DNA of 64,000 nucleotides from Fimbriosthenelais zetlandica (taxonomy: Eukaryota): positions 21,080,001 through 21,144,000 of the forward strand of contig OZ365113.1 of assembly GCA_977030845.1 (NCBI GenBank). The letters run 5' to 3'. The notes under the pieces are model-generated. The model did no database searches. It saw nothing but the letters and a program-made list of their open reading frames with translations, and was not told where the DNA came from. A program made the translations under genes and the position numbers. Positions 58,601 through 64,000 of the stretch are shown here, in pieces. Position 1 is the first letter of the stretch, and the number at the start of each line of letters is the position of its first letter.

Positions 58601-61600
58601 AAATCGGCAGGATAATTTCCGGTTCTTCCCTGAAAGCTCTTGTAGGGCTTTGGGAGAACATCCTATTGTCAGTTGACAGGGATCGCCTGTAGTGCCCATG
58701 CCTGCTTTTGTGTTTCTAGGGCAGGAATTTAAGCTGTCACTGAAGGGGATTGCATTGGGTGTGTGTGTGTGTGAGTGAGATTTTATATATTGTATTGAAG
58801 TACTTCAAAGAGATCTGGTTCCTTATATTTTCTGGGCCTTTCAGCATCTGTAATATTCGCCTTTAAATTTGAATGTGAAATAAAATTCTAGCTAACATTT
58901 GATTTAATGGGAATGATTTCCATGTCAAATTATTCCTCTAATACTTTAAACCCTGCCCTCTCCCTGAAGGCATGGAACAAATTCCCAATAATTGTCATGG
59001 TAATCATTACTGTTTAGGACCTCGTCAGTCAAAAAATAAATTCCAGGTCCCTTTACCCAGGGGAATTCACAAAACCTCGCAAGTTAATGGCCGTTTCGTG
59101 ATGGCTCGAAATCAGACAAAGAGTTGGCGTCTCTCCCTTTGTCTCCATTCAATCCACCTGAATCCCTCTTACCACTTTAAATCCAGCACCTTACGGATCA
59201 CCCTATATCTGACTGCCATACTGGTCGAGTCTTACCTTAGTGTTTACTGACACCTTAATGTACAAAATCCCAAAATCCAACCTCACGTAACTGGCAAGCT
59301 AAACCCCAATGGTTTGGTCGGGCATGTCTGATGTTATTTAGTCTAGGTTTCATAATAATTGTTCTTGTATCTGCCTTCATTTGTAGACATATTCAATGAC
59401 TGATATTTTGGAAGGTTCGTTTCAAGAGATACGAAGAGTAGACCTTTTTAATTTGTGTTCTTTGGTGGGAAGCAATCTAATTCACTCTCCACAATGTTCA
59501 GTTTTAATTTCATCGAACGCTTTCTCCCCGTTAACGGATGCAGCTTTAGGATCTGCTTTTTGCAAAAAGATGTTGGGGACGTTGGTCTATGGCCCTGAAT
59601 TAACAATTAGGCTTCTTCCTCCGGCGAATAAAGTGTTTTAGTTGGGTAATAACAATTGATTTTTCGTATTTTCACATATGATCCTTTATGAGAATGTTTT
59701 TTTTTCTGACGAGAGAGACCAGGAATTTCTTAAAGAAGCTTGCATTTTTAATTGGTGGAGCTCTCACTGGTGGATCTTCTCAATGCATTGCTCACTGACA
59801 TTCTATATTATTTCTTCATGGATTGATGGATATATCTTTATTCCTCAACTTATACATGAGCAACTCACCAGGATTAGATGAGATAAATGTTCTCTAATTT
59901 GCAGGATATTGAAAACATTTCCCACTTCCCCACCCAGTTGACAATGAAATCACATGGCAAAATCACTCTGAATGCCTAAGGCGCTGTTTTCCCAAATGAA
60001 GAAAGTTAATTTTCTCAAAACAGTTTATTTCTAATCAAGACTAATCAATTGATTTAAGGCTAGTGGGGAGGCCTCCTAAGTCAGCCTGATTTTATTAAGC
60101 GGGTTCTGGGAATGTTTAAATTGTCTGTGTTAGTAGCCTAAAGAAACAAACTAGAATTATCTTAGCTTCGCATGGTAAAATAGGGTTCTTGATTAATAAG
60201 GTTTGATGTTTGCCTTAACATTCCATCCCACAATCTGTTTCAAAAGCGATTGAAGCAATTGCGCTCTCCTGTTCTCTTTTCTAGGCCAAAGATTTCATGC
60301 ATTTTTACATTGAAATTTCCGGCGGGAGAAAGGCTTGTGGATTGCTTCCCTCACACAAAACAGACTCAGACAAATCAGGCAGTTTTCAGTATTGCGTTGT
60401 AACTGTGATTAATGTCTCCAGACTGGCTGATTGCAGTTCGGAAGGACAGACGCATTCCATTTTTGTTATTGATTCGCAAAAGGACTTGAGGCTTTGAGCC
60501 TGTATCCAATTCCCAATGTCCAAAGTGTCTTAAAAACAGGAAATATCTCTGTGGATGACACTTTCATCCTTTCATTTTCGAAATGATATAAATAATTGAA
60601 ATTATATCAATGGAAGGAATTTTAAGCAAAAAATCCTGATGGTGAAGTTAAGCTTGCCTGAGGGGAGAGCTGTGAACCGTGTGAGAAGCAACCCTGACCT
60701 GAGTAACTATGGCATCTGTCACCGACAATCCCGGAAGCCTTATTACCTCGTCACACAGATGCTGCTTGCCTCTGACAGGTATATGCGCACTAGGCTATGG
60801 ATTACACCCAAAGATGTGTAGATAGCATATATAATTCCAGACAGTCAACTATAAAAGCAGATTGTTATTCAGAAGTAAACTCATCTGAAATTCTGAACGA
60901 CTCGTAGAAAGTAAAGCGGGACCGAAATAGAGAGCATAGCCTACATTTATCCATCTCTCTGATGGATGATTCACATTTTAAAAGTGCACAATACACTCTT
61001 AATTGCCAGAGGTGCTCTCCTGACTGTAATGAATCACAACCCCCTTAATTTCTGTTTATTAAGCACATAATTTATAAAGAATCTTTGACTGCTGAGAGGA
61101 GGACAAATTGGATTAGCAAAGAATGAACAGAGCTCTGTCTTACAATGAAATTTGCATTGCTTCACCAAAGCGCATCCAGCATTGTCATATAAATGGGGCT
61201 TCCCATCAGAGATGCCACAAACAATCCTATGGCATTCGGCGTGCACTATGCCTTAATTGGATCCAAGAGTGTCGCCTTTGCAGAGACTGCTTCTGTGTTC
61301 ATCATTAATGGTATGTGATGGTGACAGAACACACAATCAATGGTACATCCACGTCCCAGTATCTGAATTTTAGATGTCTTCTTGATGAAGAACATTTAAG
61401 GAAACTGATCAAACATTTGTACACATGCACTTACTTTTGGCATTCCTGCATGTCCTTGTTGTTAAGCAGTATTTGCTTAAATGAATGATGAAACAAGAGA
61501 AAGAATGTGGAATGATATGGACAGAATCCATGACTTCCTTCCCCATATTTACTCGCACTGAGGAACTGAACTCATAAAGCCATTATGAAGTTAGGAGCAG

Positions 61601-61659
61601 AGAATGGAGACATGCCAACCCTATGATTTCAACAGCAGACTGTTGACTGGTAACAAATA

Positions 61660-61795
61660 TCAACATCTTTATCACCATCATCTTCCTGCCTCAACTTCGT
61701 GGCTCCTGCAATAAGCACATATAGGACACATTCAACACATTTACGTCCACGCTTATACTCGATGCCAAAGAAACCAATGTATTTCTCACCGTGCA
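61660..61795 (-). mobile_element. Possible decayed hAT transposase fragment
   Basis: GEKYIGFFGIEYKRGRKCVECVLYVL...TKLRQEDDG resembles the hAT segment E+F+GF...TG......L..L...KLRGQxYDG. This is a motif-level resemblance only. Confidence 0.3.
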
Positions 61796-64000
61796 CCCTT
61801 CTCCTTAGAGAACAACACTTACCTTATACCTTTTACCATTAGTATGTCTTATGTTGTGAGAGTTGAAATCTCTTACCACTGTCACGTAAAGTAATTCCCT
61901 GTGGTATGGGTCAGGTGAAAGGTGATCTGTCCGTGTTACTGAGATAGGAAATACAGCTTTCTGGGCCAGTATATACTGGATACAACAAAAAAAGACCGAA
62001 TGATATTCTCACCACAGTCCTCGGTACTTAATACTGTGAATAAAAGAGGACTATACATATGTATACTTTTTTTAGTGAAGTAAATTAGGGCACCACCAAT
62101 ATGACCAAGATGCTTATTAAGACATTCTTAATAAATAAATGTTTAAAAGCCCATTCCACTCATGTGGGTATTAGAAAGGTTTTGGGCATCATAAGCTTCT
62201 TAACCCACAATAGCAGTCTCATGCATGGGTTTGTCTTGAATACTGATGCGTGTCCCCTATATAACTGTGATAACACTGATAGCTTGGAGATGGGAGTCGG
62301 AGACTTATCGGACTACATCCATTGCTTCCCTAAAAACAAGACAAATGTTCTCAACTGTATGTTGTCAGCAACTGCGAGGCATTTATGTGATTTCTAATTT
62401 GCCTAGAGATATCCATAATGGCATACGATATGTTGCATAGAATGTGTTGTTGAATGTGAAGATGCTCTTGTATCCAAAGAACTCTTGGCATATATTATAG
62501 GCACTTGCTGTTATCGATTTCTAAACACTTTATCCTGATGTATGGCCATCTTCATCAGATGTAACTGTGAACCTTGATGCCAGTGAGGACATATCACTTA
62601 CACCTTCATTACTTCACCTCATCTATTTGCTGCTAACTCTGATTTATGGATCTCTCCGTGGACCCAGACAAAATTTCATCTTCTCGATCTCACGATGGGT
62701 GACATTACAATATAGCCAACAACGACGCATAAACAAGCCAATCTATATATAAGAACTTTTCAGCTAGCTTCATTTTGTAAATCATCTTCAAATGCATCGC
62801 TGAGTACATTTCAGCCAAGGTTTTTTTGGCTTTTTTTTTAAATTCTCCAGGAAGGTAGACACTGGTAATATAATGTTACTTGAAAGTCTAAAAACCATAC
62901 TCGTGTTTGTTATTCAGCATTAGCCCTCATTAACTATCAATATTAGTTTTTTTTAACACCAGTAGACCACCAGTATGCTAATACCATGGGAGTTAGACCA
63001 CCACACAAGATTAAGGCTTGTCACAGCATTGCTACCATCCACACAACAAGTTGGCCTGCCACTGTTGCTACCCGATAGTCACGCATGTTTAGTCAATATT
63101 TGCATGCATGCCCGCCTTAATTTATTCCACAAATTGGCTGTAGAGATATTATTTCCCTTGCTGCATAGATTCTTGCAATTTCCAGTCAATCTGTTGGTTT
63201 TATGGAAAATATGAGAAGTCAATATTCTGGTCGTCTTTCTTGAAAGGCCAACGAAGGAAATTAACTCTGCATTAGGGGAAAAATGGATTGATCTCCAATG
63301 ATAAGGGTAATTATTCAAAATGGCGGCAAACTTTGTTTTGCGCTCAAGTTAACAATTTCATTCAATATTACCTGCAGGCCATGTTGCCGTCGCGGATTTT
63401 CTGAACTGCAGATCTGAAGCAACAAAAAGAAGGACATGGAATAAAAAAAGGGACTTTTTGTTTATCTTAGCATTTTGATCATGCGAGTCAAGTTTACCTT
63501 GTTCTTCAATCTATTTACTTCGCTTCATGACTTATAGATCGCGGCTAATGTAATAGTTTGTAGCCACTTACACCAGCGCCTGATCCCAGACATTGCTTGT
63601 CTGGTGTGAGAGGTTTATGGCTCAATAATCGTTGGTGACAAAAGCAGTAGTCAACCAGCTGCAGCTACTTTGCTTTGATGTTCTCCATCAAGGATAATGA
63701 CAGACTGATGATGGGGCAAAGGTCGAGTGGTCTTCATTACATATCTGTGAATATAACCTTCATTGGAATAACAGTTATCCCACTAATTTTCATCAAGTTT
63801 TTAAAATATTTGAAAATCAAGTTTTCCTTATTAGCTCCGTGCCAAAGAATATCCATACCTGATTATATGCCACTCTGACCTCCATGACAGAGTGAAGGGA
63901 TATTCCATGCATAATGCATTACGATAAACAGCACCCTTCTTTGGTCTTATTAAGTTCTCTTGAATATGATCGAATATATAACCAATGGATTAATGAGTAC

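Overview
AT-rich, intron-rich animal (probably invertebrate bilaterian) genomic DNA. The species cannot be assigned from this window. The first 18.5 kb is a compact three-gene cluster: the 3' half of WDR59 (+, GATOR2 subunit), RPL13 (-, tail-to-tail with WDR59) and mitochondrial leucyl-tRNA synthetase LARS2 (+, 21 coding exons, 916 aa). LARS2 lies head-to-head with RPL13 across a short promoter with TCT/TOP, ETS and YY1 motifs. The last RPL13 intron holds two tandem box C/D snoRNA paralogues whose guide matches the 28S rRNA site methylated by human SNORD104/yeast snR58. From about 19 kb to 64 kb I recognise no complete protein-coding gene. This part is a mosaic of decayed transposon remnants (LINE endonuclease/RT, Gypsy integrase/gag-like, hAT-like, unclassified), one young CpG-rich MITE nested in another inverted-repeat element, and CpG-retaining islands resembling UTR exons or enhancers. 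The most unusual signal is compositional: in hand counts, some old repeats have lost almost all CpG yet show excess TpA rather than TpG. This resembles a RIP-like (CpA to TpA) signature, which is unexpected in an animal. All exon coordinates, translations and dinucleotide counts were done by hand; family calls for decayed repeats are from remembered motifs and need database confirmation.
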